Shown here in pieces: positions 14,827 through 27,992 of a stretch of 64,000 nucleotides of DNA (position 1 is its first letter; each line of letters begins with the position of its first letter). Where the stretch lies: NCBI RefSeq assembly GCF_009914755.1, contig NC_060926.1; one strand, given 5' to 3'. The translations under genes were made by a program, and so were the position numbers. The notes beneath the pieces are model-generated. The model did not search any database, had not been told where the DNA came from, and saw only the letters and a program-made list of their open reading frames with translations. Source of the stretch: the human T2T-CHM13v2.0 reference genome, Homo sapiens.

Positions 14827-15155
14827 AATGGTGTTAAACCCTGTCTGTATACTGGTATTGCTTGAGGAGCTTTCAAAAAACACCAATGTCTAGGCACTGC
14901 CTCAGGTCAACTGAACCAGAATCTCTGGGGATAGGACACAGGCATCAGGGCCTTTTTAAAGCCCTCCCAGCTAATTCCAGTGTATGTCTAAGTTTGAGAA
15001 CCACTCCTGCTATTCAAAGTGTAGTCTGTGCACCAGTAGGCGGTATCTCCTGGGAGCTTTTTAGAAATGCAGAATCTCTAGCTTCAGCTTAGAGAATCCA
15101 CATTTTAACAGGATTCTCAAATGATTCATGTGCACATCCAAGTTTGAAAAGCCCC
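14827..15155 (+). mobile_element. Two adjacent hAT MITEs: MER5B-like (~14827-15005) and MER5A/5A1-like (~15006-15155)
   Basis: actgaaccagaatctctgggg...aagtttgagaaccact followed directly by tattcaaagtgtagtc...ttagaaatgcagaatctc...aagtttgaaaagc. Confidence 0.8.
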
Positions 15156-15179
15156 AAGACAGTTCATCTCTAAATAACG

Positions 15180-17250
15180 TTTTACTTTTAATTGTGAAAT
15201 ATTTTTAACATACAGAAATGCATAGAGAATAATTTAATTAGTACTCACATACCCAACCTGGCTTTATCAAGTCATTACTTTTTACTATTTTTCATTTAGG
15301 TTTTGTTTAACATAATGACATATATTTTAAGTTGAACCCTCCCTGTGTATTCCTCTTAGATCTTATGCTTATTGCTTTCTTCATAGATAGAGTCAATATC
15401 CTGACTTTGGTGTTTCTCCATCTTATTAATGTTTTCATATTATATTAGTCCGTTCTCAAACTGCTAATAAAGACATACCCGAGACTGGGTAATTTATAAA
15501 GAAAAACAGGTTTTAATGGATTCACAGTTCCACATGGCTGGGGAGGCCTCACAATCACGGCGGAAGGCGAAGGAGGAGCAAAGGCATGTCTTACATGGTG
15601 GCAGGAAAGAGAGCATGTGCAGGGGGAACTGCACTTTACAAAACCATCAGATCTTGTGATACTTATTCACTATCATGAGAACAGCATGAAAAAAACCACA
15701 CCCATGATTCAGTTACTGCCCACTGGATGCCTCCCACGGGATTATGGGAGTTACAATTCACGATGAGATTTGGGTGGGGACACAGCCAAACCATATCATA
15801 TACTATTATTATATAAGTAGGTAATTAGATGGATTGATTGATAGAATGACTTTGTCTTCTTAACATGATTTCTGTTGATCCATTCTTGCATTCTTGAGAC
15901 AAATCCTAATGGGTCATTACACACACACACACATTTTTATATGTGTGTGTATATATCTATATATACAAGCACACACACATATATAAACACACTGCTGGAT
16001 CTGGGTCCTAGCATTTTATTTAGGACTTATGGTATTAAATCAGATCAGTTTAAAGTGTTCCTCTATTGTCAGGGAACTTAGCAAGCTTTAAGTATAGACT
16101 GAACACCACTTCCAGTTTTGTTTTTTTCTAGTGTTTCAGTTTCATAATTTTTAGATACCCTAAATCATTTCTTGTAATCAATGCTTAATTGTAATGTTTA
16201 AAAATTTAGCAACCAAATTTATTCATTTTAGTGCTACCTATTGTACCTTGTTTTATATACCCTCCCTTTAAATTTGTTTTCTTCCTTCAAGAAATACATC
16301 CTTCAATAGTCTTTTCATGAGATCTATAAATTTTAAACTCTCTTAGTCCTGATAAGTCTGAAAACATCTTTATTTGTACGTTATTCCTTAACACTACTTT
16401 AAATGACTGCAAAATTCTATGTTGACAACTCCTTTTTGTCAGCACTTTGAAAGTACTGATCTACTGTTTTCTGTTATTTTTGTTGTTGTTGCTAATGACA
16501 GGTTGGATGTCTTTCTGATTATAGGTAATCCCTTTAAAAAATATTCTACTAGCTTTTAGTGTTTTTTTTCTTTACTTTTGATAATCTAAAGTTTCACTAT
16601 AATTTGTCTAGGAGTAGATGTATCTTAATCCTGCTGCCTAGTTGGAGTGAACCTTTTATCTAAATAATTCTGCCCTTCTTCGGTTCCAGAAAATACTCAA
16701 ATTATTTTCCCAAGTATTGATCCTCCTCCATCTCTTCCAATCTCCTCTTCTGATGCCCTTTTAGACTATGTCTAAGCACCTATCTTCCATGTCTCTAAAC
16801 CACTTTTTCAAATATTTAGACAATCTCTCTCTGCTGCATTCTGAGTAACCACCAATGGATATTCTAATCCTCTAATTTTCCATTTGAACAAGACCATCCC
16901 AGAGTTCATCTTATCTGCTGAGCTGACACTTTAAGACTTATTTTTAATTCATTTTGATTTTATTTTAGTGACCATCTTTTGTGTTTCTAATATGTATAAT
17001 TGGTTCTTTTCCATATCTACCTGTTCTCATTTCATTTCAGCCTGATTCTGTTTCATAACTTCTGGCTCTTTTTAAACAAAAGATTTCCTCCCTGTATCTA
17101 TTCAAGTATATCTTAAATGTATTCATTTGAAAGTTTATTCAGACTGGTATAAAAATTTCTATTAATCTGAAGAGGATTCATATGCGAATGATTGGTTTTT
17201 GGCTTTCTTTCTTGGCAGGGTTTTACATTTTAGAATTTTGTACTTGAAGG
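15180..17250 (-). mobile_element. Ancient L1M/HAL1-like element (ORF1-like plus 3' end), antisense, split by THE1
   Basis: T-rich strand; ORF1-like antisense motifs (aagtctgaaaacatctttattt, tttcactataatttgtctagg); L1ME-type tail at ~15190; no ORF2 recognisable. Confidence 0.6.
15441..15798 (-). mobile_element. THE1 (THE1B/C-like) MaLR solo LTR
   Basis: tatattagtccgttctc...aataaagacatacccgagactggg...gagatttgggtggggacacagccaaaccatatca. Confidence 0.95.
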
Positions 17251-18289
17251 CTAGGCTCCTTTTGCTTGATGGGTGTTTGTTTACAGGTCCTCCCCTTCCC
17301 CAGCCAGGCTCACCCCTTCCTGTCTGGCTGTTTATGTTGCCTCTGTTTGGTCCTCCCTCAAGGTCAGAACCAGATTCAATCTCTGGGCAGTCTGGTTCGG
17401 GTCTGAGTCATAAGACATTGTTCCTAGGACTGCAACTTGCGAAAAACAGTGGCCTCAGTGGCATTTTTTTTAGGATCCTTTTTGTGGTTGTGGGAGCTGA
17501 TCTCATGTGAACCCTGGCTGCAAGCACTGATTCTGGCCCTGGCCTTTCATCTTGGCTGGTCATCCTTAGAAGTATTTATCACACAGAGGCCAAATTCCTG
17601 GCTGTATGGACTGCTTCCCGCCCCAGAGCTCAGCTGGCCTGCAGGCTGATCTGCTTACTACTTTCCATTTCTGTTCTGGGTTTGAGAGATGGAAACACGG
17701 TGTCTCTATTGTTCAGGACAGTTATGTCATTCCCATGTTATCTCTCCTTGTGCTGCATTTAGAGCAGAGTAGTGCAAAATATACCATCTTGCTCAAAGTC
17801 TAGATTTGCAAAATAATGGCCTAGGCACAGTTGCCAAATTAATAATGGAGAATCTTGTTTTCTTGGTGGATGAGGATCAGTATATAGTATATTATCTCTT
17901 ACCCTTTAGAATACAAGTACCAGAAGGACAGAGACTATGGTTCTCTATCATTCCTGCATTTCCAGGACCCCAGAGACTGTTTGGTATGAAATGAGTGCTT
18001 CATAAATGTTAAAGAGAAAATGAAGTAAGCTTCTCTGGGCATTTTTCTGAACCTTTCTGATAATGTTCTTAGACTTAAATTCAAACACCTATCCCCTGGA
18101 CCATAACTTCAGTGTTGCACATAAAGTCAGCACATTTTGAAGATCAATGACGTCTTGAAGTCAGCCATTAACTGCAAAAGTCAGAGCTGCTTAAGAGAGA
18201 TACGGGCATGCCCTGTTTTATAACAAAGGAGCAACATGGAAAAATATTCACTGATAAATATCCTACCAGTAAATTAAAAACAAGAAGCA

Positions 18290-18660
18290 AATACCTTCAA
18301 ATTGCTTTCACAGTGTGTTTTGTCTTTCTCTTTGAATATTATTTATGAGGGATAATTTACTGATATTGTGGTTACCCCAAATTATATACCAAAGAAAATT
18401 AAAAGCACTACAGAGGAGGAAATAATAGTAGCATTTAATTAAAACCAAAGTGGGCACAATCAATGCTTGTCTAATACAATAATGAGCTTAATTTAATTTT
18501 AATTTAATGGAAAAAAATAAAGCTTAAGTCAACTGCCTATGTAATTAAATGACAGCAATTTTAAAAAATGTAAGCTTTTCTAAAGTGGAGTCCTAAAAGG
18601 GTAACAATGGCGAATACAATGCCAACTAACTGACCTATATCAATGTTTCCAGAAGAGTTA
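18290..18660. promoter_or_regulatory. Candidate conserved non-coding element or enhancer (homeodomain/SOX/TALE motif cluster)
   Basis: AT-rich, no repeat recognised; TTTAATTAAA 18434-18443, ACAATCAAT 18456-18464, TAATTA 18542-18547 next to TGACAG 18550-18555; conservation not verified. Confidence 0.45.
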
Positions 18661-19129
18661 GAGGGGATCATTTTCTTCAGGAAGCAGGACTATGCATTTT
18701 CAGCTTCTGGAAAGTAGAATTAATTAACAAGCGATACTCTAACTTTCCGTCCTTTAGAGTCATCAAAAAAGTAGACAAAATTGGATTTCTAAGAATTGCC
18801 AGTTTGGGAGTATGGTCCAAAAGGGACTGAAATAAACAGATGACCATGTAGGGGAGCTTGAATGGATGCTTCCTACCAGAGCTGGGCTGCAGAGAGGACA
18901 GCGATTGAGCCTGAGGTGGGAGAACAGTGTGAAAGGGAACCCCCATACCCCCAGACAGCTGTCTGTGGCCACAGAGCTGAGGAAATAGGATTCACTCTAG
19001 ACAATAAGGAGAGACTGTTTTTCCAAGTACTAGCTTAGAGCTTGTGGAAAGGTGGTCCAACTTTGATATCAAAAAAGGATTCTTTTTGAGTTGGTTAATC
19101 TGTCAAAATGTGAAATGAGAAGCCACCTG

Positions 19130-19450
19130 GGGTAGTACCCAAAGCATCAGATTCAAGGTTGAAGTCCTATCTCTGTAGCTTAACAACTGAGTGACTTTGA
19201 GCAACTCAGCTGCTTTGAGGCTCAGTTTCCTAATAGAAATATAGGGTTACTGGTATCCATTTTGCCCTAGCTCACATGATTTTTAGATGATGAGGAGAAG
19301 ACATTTATTCAATGCCTGCTATGTATCAGTCACCTTACTAAGTATTAAACATTACTTCATTTAATTTACCACCCATTTACTGAGCTAGTTGTCATTTTAC
19401 CGAGACAGAACCAAGGCCATAGATGGCACCAGATCGAGAACTCACAGCTT
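19130..19450. mobile_element. Two MIR fragments in opposite orientation
   Basis: ctgagtgactttgagcaa...gctcagtttcct (+); tcattttaccgagacagaaccaaggcc (-). Confidence 0.6.
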
Positions 19451-20858
19451 ATGCATCTCCCTCTCTCCAAAGCCTGCCCGCTATCCCGTGCTTGTTCCTG
19501 GAGCTCAGCTCAAATTCAAAGACAGAGGGGCCCAGTGTGATTGGAGTTACTTTGGGCTTCTCTGCTCAGTTTATTTTCTTGGGTTGTTATTTTTTTTTTC
19601 TGTTGGACTCTTTTATACTAGTTATACACATATGCACGTGCACACAGAAAAGCACTAACATCCCTTTACATTCAGTCTGCCTTATCTGACTTAACTTCAT
19701 AGCAGCTGGGTTCATCTCATATGCAGTTCTAGGTAACCCCAGAACAGTTCTCTGGACAAAGCACGTGCTATTTATATATGCCTATGTGAATGATTACATT
19801 ATTTGCATTCTTTTAGTTTCACAGCCTGCTTTTCAGGCAACTGACAAGTTCCTACTATTTACTTCTTAATAATCTGTCACCATGTTCCACCAGGTGCTTA
19901 CTTCTTATTACATAAGCAGTGTTTCATCACACTGTTGTATGCAGCAGAATGGTGGGGTCATTCCCTAACCCCCAAACTGAGACTCAAACACTGGTGACTC
20001 ACCAGCTCTCCTAAACGTCTAATTAATTACAGCAGCACTGGAGCAGAACAGCGCTAGTTCAGGGTATGTCAAGCAGTTTCCCTGGCATGACTGATGGCAT
20101 TGGAGTGGTAGGATTGACTTGGACCAGATAATATTGGTAAGAATCCAGATAGCTTTCATGGTCATATTTCATAAATTTCACTGAAGTTGGTTGAAAAAAA
20201 TCAAAGAATGGAAAAATGATGTGTAGCATTCTTTTTCTTCACCATGTACTCATGATCTTCATCTCTTATTTAGTATGGGGAGAACTTCAAATTACTCAGT
20301 CCCAGTGGAACTCCATAACCACGGTGTATGTTCAAAGGGAGATGAGGGGATGGGAAGTGGGAATACCAGGTAGGCTTAGCAGAAAATAGAGTTAGTCAAA
20401 CACTTGTTATCACGGCCCGGTCTTCCTCCACCTAGGAAGGCTGTTGTCTTTGTCTAAGTTTGTTACTTTGGTTTTGTAGAGCAAAGAAGTGGTTTATCAC
20501 TTTATTAGCCAACTCAGCACCAGTAATCACTGGGGGAGGGAATGGGGCCACAAGCTCTGAAAAGAAAGCAAAAGAACTAAAAGATTCTGCCAAAGGAGAA
20601 CCCCAAACTGATCATTGTCAGGATCTAAAAATAGTCCACTTAAATCAGAATTAGTGATGAACGACTAACTAGAGCAGAACTATGCAAATGAATACACAGA
20701 GGAGATGAAAAGAGCCCTCAATTACTTACTTATATGTTTACGTCTCATATTAGCCTATGCATTTCTTAAAACAAGGTCTGTATCTTAGTTTTTTGACTTT
20801 CTATCCCTAAGGCTTGGCATGATGTCTAGTACTTAATAGATGCTCAATAAATGATTAA

Positions 20859-21203
<345 letters not shown>

Positions 21204-22024
21204 CTCCAAAGATGTTATATTAATCTGATGTTCAATACTGCCCCAAATAGCAAAGCATGAAAAATGTGTTATTTAAGGCATGAAGCAGTGTTTTACAGTG
21301 AACTCCACCAGGATGAGACACCCTGGAGCCTGGACCGAAGAAGCCTATTCTAGGGATGAAGAGCTGTCTCAGGTGCTGAGCCCTGGAAAGGCCTAGGATC
21401 TGGTGTCTGAAGGACATGGCACTAGACACCTGGTTATGCAGGTGTTATGAAGGGAAAGTGGCCCTGCAAAAGAAAGAAGCATGTCAACAAGAAAGCCAAT
21501 AGCAGGCAATGCTCACACATGCAGGAAGGTGGAAAATCTTTAGGTATCAGAAACATGGTTGTTGCACCACATGCTGGCCGGGACTCCAAACCTGGAACAT
21601 GGGGACAGGCTCTTGACTTATAGGAACTAGGGCATGGGCCAGGGATTCATGTACCATGGAATAAAGCAGAAGCTAGGTATCATCCCTGGGGACAAGGGAC
21701 AAAGGATTAGAGCTGGCTAGGCAGCGAGTATGCCTTGATGCTAAATCCCAGAATATTCAGTGCTTCTGAAATTGTCCGTGCCAAGTCAGAGCTGGAGCTA
21801 GAGATAGGGAAGAGCTGAGGCCGCAAGCAGCCCAGCAGGGTCATATGACCTTGGCCTTGGGCGGAGGAGGGGCTAACACTCAGCGTGGCCTGGCTAGCAG
21901 AGTCAGATGGTGTGTTAATATGCTGTTCTGGATCATTTAGTAGCATTCCAATAATCTGAAAGTGTTCACGTGCCAGGTCAATGTTGGGGAAAAAGGAGTT
22001 TAAATACTTGTCATATACTTAGGC

Positions 22025-22214
22025 CACTGGTTCTCAAAGTGTGGTCCCTAGATCAGCGGCATCAGCATCATCTGGGGACTTGTTAGAAATGCAAATTATT
22101 AGGCCTCGTTCCAGCCTAGAGTCAGAGACTTGGGAGGTGATGGTGGGTGTGGGGAGGGGGTTTTAACAGACCCCTCAGAGGATTCCAACACATACTCAAC
22201 TTTGAGAACCACTG
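22025..22214 (+). mobile_element. MER5A hAT MITE, full length
   Basis: cactggttctcaaagtgtggtccc...acttgttagaaatgcaaatt...actttgagaaccactg with terminal inverted repeats. Confidence 0.93.
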
Positions 22215-22233
22215 TGTTCGACAACATCTAAAT

Positions 22234-22708
22234 CAGGCCCTTGGATTTTATGGATGCCACGGGCCTCTTTGGCAGACTGGTGAAGTACATAGATTCCCCA
22301 GAGTAATGTTTTCAAATATGTAAAACTACAAAGGAAACCAGTTATACTGAAATATAGTCATTAAAAAGTTATGCTGCAATAATGTATGTGTTTGTTTATA
22401 AACACATGAAATAACCATCTCATGGCAGATCTAATAACATCTGTAATTTTGATGTAGTGATGAGCTTCAGTAGTATTTCAAGATGTCTGCAACAGCTGTC
22501 ATGTGATTTCTATTACTGACAAAATCACACAGACTCCTATTACTATAGTAGTAGTAAATTTTTACCTGCATTTACAATGGAAGAAATGCTACATTTCAGT
22601 GAGAAGTAATCAAAATAAAAATGTCATTCTTTCCATCCATGTTCATAGGCCCCTCAATTCTTTCCAGGGTCCTCTGAGGATCCATGGTCCCCAAATTAAG
22701 AACTACGC
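22234..22708 (+). mobile_element. MER119-like hAT-Charlie element
   Basis: ctttggcagactggtgaag...caaaggaaaccagttatactgaaata...gatgtctgcaacagctgtcatgtgatttctatt...tccatggtccccaaattaagaac matches recalled MER119. Confidence 0.85.
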
Positions 22709-22764
22709 TATAAGTCCTTAATAAACATTATCTTATTTTATTCTTTTAAAAGTTTTACTCCTAA

Positions 22765-22985
22765 TATTCCCATTTTATGGATCAGGAAACTGAGGCTCAG
22801 AGAACTGAAGAAACATGTCTAATGTCTCATGTGGTTAGTCAGATATGGAGTGTGGGCTCAAAGCCCCTGTAGAGACAGGTTTCCGTGGCTGATCCATTAG
22901 TGCCTCTCAGAGTGCCTAGAACAGGGCCGAGTTCATAATATGTACTCAGTAAGTATGCGTTGATTGCATGAATGAATGAATTGAA
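22765..22985. mobile_element. MIR (-) followed by an L2 3' end (+)
   Basis: cccattttatggatcaggaaactgaggctcagaga; then agtgcctagaacagggcc...gaatgaatgaa. Confidence 0.7.
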
Positions 22986-23499
22986 TTGAACGTCAAGCCT
23001 GTGTACCTCAAAATTCCATGCTGTCTCTACTCTCCATCTATCCCATGCAACTATGTATGAAAAGGAGACTTTTCTCCTTATTCATCCAGCAGGTAGGGAA
23101 GGGTAAGTTCAGTTCCCTGATCTACTAGACCTGACAACGGAGCTTTGATTCTAAAATTGATGTTGAATACACATAGCACGAGCAACATTATTCCGACAAA
23201 ATTGGAAAACAATTCAACAAATTGGGGAGAGGAGTGTCTCAGCAAGGAACGCCAGTCCCTCTGGTTTCTCTTGGAAGCAGCTGAGCTTGTTAATGAAACA
23301 GGTTGTTACTTTCACTCAACGTGTGTCCTTCTTTAACTGACAAATTAGTTAGTGCCAGCAGGAGAGGCAAGAAGGCAGTGACTAAAGGGGCAGGGAGTGC
23401 TGAGAACCCAGGCTCGGAGAGAAGCACAAAATGAGAGAAGAGAAACATACCAGGCCTTCTCTTCTTCTAAGCAAAACAAATTTTTCTCAGGCACTTTTC

Positions 23500-23830
23500 A
23501 CAGATGTCTAATGTTCTTAACTAACCACACTTAATTTAATTACCTTAAAGTGAATTGGATGGCTGAAAATTCATTTACATAACAGCAATTCTAATACTTA
23601 TAAATTGCACAATCAATTAAATCCTTAAGAACAAATGTATAGACTGTAAATGAAATATCTATCTAGTAGGATTAATCAAAAGCTAATCATGAAAAATATC
23701 ATCCTGGGTCTGGCTCAAAGAATATGCCATGGTTACCATTACCAATTACAGTATTGTAGGGCCTGCTTTAATAGGTAATCATATTAATTGACAACACTAT
23801 ATTTAATGTGTTTCCATAATCCTTTCTTTC
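23500..23830. promoter_or_regulatory. Candidate conserved non-coding element or enhancer
   Basis: AT-rich island, no repeat recognised, dense in TAAT/ATTA, ACAATCAAT and ATTAATCA (23671-23678); conservation not verified. Confidence 0.45.
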
Positions 23831-24449
23831 TGAATCAGAGATTCATTTATCTTTAGGCTGTGTCTTGCTGCAACCCATCATCAACATTGTCATCAATGTT
23901 ACAAGTGTGTATTTGAGTGTGTTTTCCATGGAAGACATGGAGCTAGCCACTGGGGATGCACTGAGAAATAAAATATAGTGCCTGACCTTATAAGAAGAGA
24001 GACAAGGATGAAGGCCCTTGATGGCTCGGGTGAGGATTGCTTAAAAAGAGTGAGAGAAAGTCATTAGGAGTGGGAAGAGGGAATCAGGGCCTAAAGGGTA
24101 GACTCCATATCGTCCCACACTGGACCCTATTCAGTGCTGGATATCTCCAGGGCCTAGCTGTTTCTGCACACGGTCAGTAGGTGTTTAGCCCAAGTTTGAT
24201 GACTTCAGTTTGGTCCAGTAGTTCTGCCTGATAAGAAAAAAGCCAAGAATATGGGTGAGGAACTTCCTCCTGCTGTTCGTAAGGATTCTTAAAGATGATT
24301 TTTGAGAGCAGATGTAAATAACATCAAGGGTTTGTTTGTCTAAGCTAGGGATGGAACCCATGGCTTTCCAGCTATGCAGATGCCAGTTGCAGATTAGACG
24401 TAGGTAACTGTTTTGATTCAAAAAATCAACTTCATAGTGGTAATATTGG

Positions 24450-24860
24450 CAAAGATCCTTGAACAAATTTAAAAACAGATTTCTAACCAGATGGTATGGG
24501 AGTATTTAGAAAAGAATGCAGGAATCATTGAAAAGCCACTGTGGGTAAACTCAGAATCAAGCAGACAAACCAATCTCGTTTTCTCTTCTGATAGGCTTGG
24601 CACTTGGCAGGTCAAGGAATGCAGTGGAGAGCATGCATCTCATTTCAGCTTTTGATGAAATCTCTCCTGCTGTCCTTTTGAGTAATATGATAGATGTGGA
24701 TTAGTTGATAACAGTATTAAGTGGATTTACACTTACTTGAGCGTCAATAGCAAGGAGTGTGGATTGGTGTCTCTCTGTCCTCTGCCCTGTCCTGTCTCAC
24801 ATTTTTTTCCAACACTGGGATGAAGACTGGATGGCTATAGCCCATTGGATTTTCAAATGG
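24450..24860 (+). mobile_element. L3/CR1 LINE fragment (RT region remnant)
   Basis: caaaccaatctcgttttctcttctgatagg...ggaatgcagtggag...atttcagcttttgatgaaatctctc...gtggatt parallels the CR1/L3 RT consensus. Confidence 0.75.
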
Positions 24861-25159
24861 CTCCACCTGGGTAACTCATTCCTGTGATCTGGGCATCTCC
24901 AGTTGCCTTAATTACTCCGCTGTTTCAGGTCCTAATTTCGCCTCATCCCCAAACTCTGCTCCACAACTCAGCCAAGGCCAAAGGCGTACACATCAGAGAG
25001 TCACGTATCGTGTTTTCTCCAGATGTCCCATAACAGAATGAGCTGTCTGTTCCATAACAAAACGAGTCCTTGTTAGGATGTTTCTAGGAGGTCCCTGCAT
25101 CACTGAGAGGTTGACTAGGATGCTCTGTCTAGCCTTCCTGTTTTCTCTTTTATTCTCTG

Positions 25160-25355
25160 AGGGAGTGGCATGCAGTGAAAAGAACACTGGCTTTCAAAAC
25201 AAAACTGACTTCACTCTTTGCTCTTTGGGTAGGTCTCAGTTTCCTCATCTGTATAATGGGGATAATAATTCCTACTTCCCGAGGTTGTGGGAGGATTAAG
25301 TGATGAGGCCTGTCTAGTGCAGCAAGCACATAGGTGTGCCCTCTGTCAATGTTAG
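25160..25355 (+). mobile_element. MIR SINE
   Basis: tctcagtttcctcatctgtataatggggataataat...gttgtgggaggattaagtga (MIR core). Confidence 0.85.
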
Positions 25356-26444
25356 TTCCTTTCTGTCTTCTAGAGAGCACTTTGGAAGCAGGTGAACAGG
25401 CTCCCTGGAGGTACCATGCGAAGCCCTTAGGACTTGGTTGGTGAGGCAGCCCAGTGAGGCCCTCTTTGCAAGGCCAGGACTGTCAGGATGAAACGGCCTC
25501 AAGCACAATGAAGGAGAAGGCTCTTTCACCCTTCCATGTCTAATTCTGACAGAGAGGAGGAGACACAGTGGGGTGGATGCAGAAAGATATACTGGCTCTC
25601 CACTAACTTGTCGTGGGCCCTCAGGCAGGTTGCTCAGTGTCTGAGGACCTGTCTAAGGGTCCTCCTATGGGCAATAAGAAGCAGAATCCACCAATGTGAT
25701 GGGAGGCTTAGATGTGTGGCTTAGATCCACCAATGTGATGGGTGGCTTAGATGAGATTAGGTATTTGGATTTCCTGGCTCAGAGCCTGTCACCCAGAAGG
25801 TGCAGTATAAATGGCAGTTTTGTTTCTATTAAGATTTGTGATAATAATAGTATCAAGAGAACAGCTTCAAGCTTTGAGGCCTCCAGACCTGGTACTGGTC
25901 TGCTCTGGGTCTCTGTTCATGGTGAGGGAGAGCAGAATTTTTAAAAATGAAACAGGAGCTGCGGGAGAAATCTGGGATGAGAGGCAGATGCTAACACTAC
26001 AGAGAGCTTGGTGAATGAGGGTCTTTAGAAGGCCCACTCAGTTTGGGGCTCTGAGATCTTTAAAACAGCAAACTTTCCCACACTCACGAGGGCCATGATC
26101 CTATGAGAGACAGTGAGTCTTAAGGGGTGGGTGGGGGAGTGACAGCTGTAGATGGCTTCCACACAGGTGCTGCCCCTTCTGCGCGGTGCCAGGCATGTCC
26201 AGCCCCTCTGCAGTTTGAGGTAACCCAGCCTGGAACATAAAGGGGTGAGTTGTGCTAGCTGCTCCCTCAAGTCATTCCCAGGCCTAGAATCCTTGGGTTC
26301 CAGGTCTGCCTGGCCTTTGAGGTGGCATTACAATAGGACCCTTTGGATGCCTTGATGGGTTTTGCCTCAAGGTTGGAGTCCCAGGACTGACTTCCTGCCT
26401 AGTAAATTCCATGCTATTGTGAGAAGCTCAAAGCTCTTTAGAGA

Positions 26445-26447
<3 letters not shown>

Positions 26448-26480
<33 letters not shown>
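26448..26480 (+). repeat. (GT)16 microsatellite
   Basis: Uninterrupted GT run. Confidence 0.97.
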
Positions 26481-26481
<1 letters not shown>

Positions 26482-26759
26482 ATGCATGTGTATGCTGCAC
26501 ATAGTCTCTTAGTTCCTCACTATTAGACCTCAGAAGGGACTATTTTGTTTGTTTCATGTATTTATTCATTCAAAACATAGATATCGCTCACCTGCGATAG
26601 CAGACTGTGCTTTATGATGCTTTCACCCAAGATGCTAGCATGTTCTCTACTCAAAAAAATAATAATTCTCCTAAGACATCTAACATTTGGCATCTGGAAG
26701 AGAACAGGATGTTTAATGTGCATGAAGTATGTTCACAGAGCCGGGGTGGACTTAGGAAG

Positions 26760-27246
26760 TGAGCCAGCTCCCTCCTGCCTACCCCAGCTCTGCTCCCTGC
26801 TCCTTCCCTGCCTGCTTCGTGCTGCAGGAGGCTGAAGGGGATGAAGTGCATCCTGCCTCCCTGGCTCTCTGGCTTCTGGTTGTGTTTGGCCAATGGGAAC
26901 ACCACAGTAGATCAGAGCAAGGGTGGAGGGTGGCATTGGAGTGTTTATTTCTCTAGTTCCTTTCCCGTGGCACTGCACGGTATGTTCCCGAGTCAAGGTC
27001 TCTTCCCCTCTCAAGACAACCTTCTCTACAAAACTCTTCTCCCTTTGGATTCTAGCAATCACGCCTTCCCCACTGAGGACTGGGCTAGTGATGGTTACTA
27101 GCCCTGGCATACTAGTGCTAGTTACTAGCCCTGGTGGTTTTCTTACCCTCCCCACACCTTTGTAAAGAATCTCCCTGATTAGACTCACCTCAAATTATCC
27201 AATTTGAATGTGCCATCTCTTTCTTCCTGGGACCTTGAGTGATAAA
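26760..27246 (+). mobile_element. LTR33-like ERVL solo LTR
   Basis: ctctggcttctggttgtgtttggccaatggga...cccacacctttgtaaa...caaattatccaatttgaatgtgccatct...gggaccttgagtgata. Confidence 0.85.
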
Positions 27247-27992
27247 GATCATCTATTCCTTATTTTGACAGAGGAGGAAACACAGGAAGTGACTTACCCA
27301 AAGTTACTCAATTAGAGAGAAAGCCAGGACTCAAGCTGACTAAGACTATCATGAATATGTAGAACATTGACCCAGATTTTTCTGTTTTCTTGTGTTTCGT
27401 CTTTTCTTCTTGGTCCCTGGAAGATGCTGTCAGGAGGTTTCAGTGTAATTAATTATGCTGGCACATCCAATGAATGGAGCTATGATTTAGCAAGTCTACT
27501 TGAGATGCTGATAAATTAAACAATGAAATGCACATTTCAGTTTCAGTTAAGAGAATCCTAACCTAGTTGAGGAAAAGAGCACAACCTCACATTTCCTTTC
27601 TAAAAGAGGAACGTTTTACAGAACTCCTATGTTGAGATCCCCCTCCCTTTGCGGCCGCCTTTTTCCCATGTCAGTTCTCTGCTCAGGAATAGACTATAGC
27701 CATGTAGGGATCAAATGAAATAACTTATCTGAGGTATTTTTAAACACTGTAATGTTCTTTATAAAATGCAAAAGATTATAGCTATTCAATCTATAAATAT
27801 CTGAATGTAGGATAGCATATGCTTATAAACAGCTTTTTTGCTCATTGTTTATTACATCAGATCCAAGCTTATTTGTCAAAATGTTAAGGTCTTATAAAAA
27901 TGTACTGCCTTTCCTCCACAACTCACTCACTTTTTCATCAGGCAGTGTGGGCTCGTGGAACTAATACAGACAAACTAGATTCACACTTGGTT

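Noticed and set aside
25686-25753. CRISPR-like repeat-spacer-repeat
   Set aside because: Only two units, a 10-bp spacer derived from the repeat itself, eukaryotic context and no cas genes
26733-27188. 151-aa ORF
   Set aside because: Lies antisense within the LTR33 remnant
27651-27658. NotI site GCGGCCGC as a CpG-island marker or cloning junction
   Set aside because: Isolated, flanked by CpG-poor genomic sequence, no vector sequence
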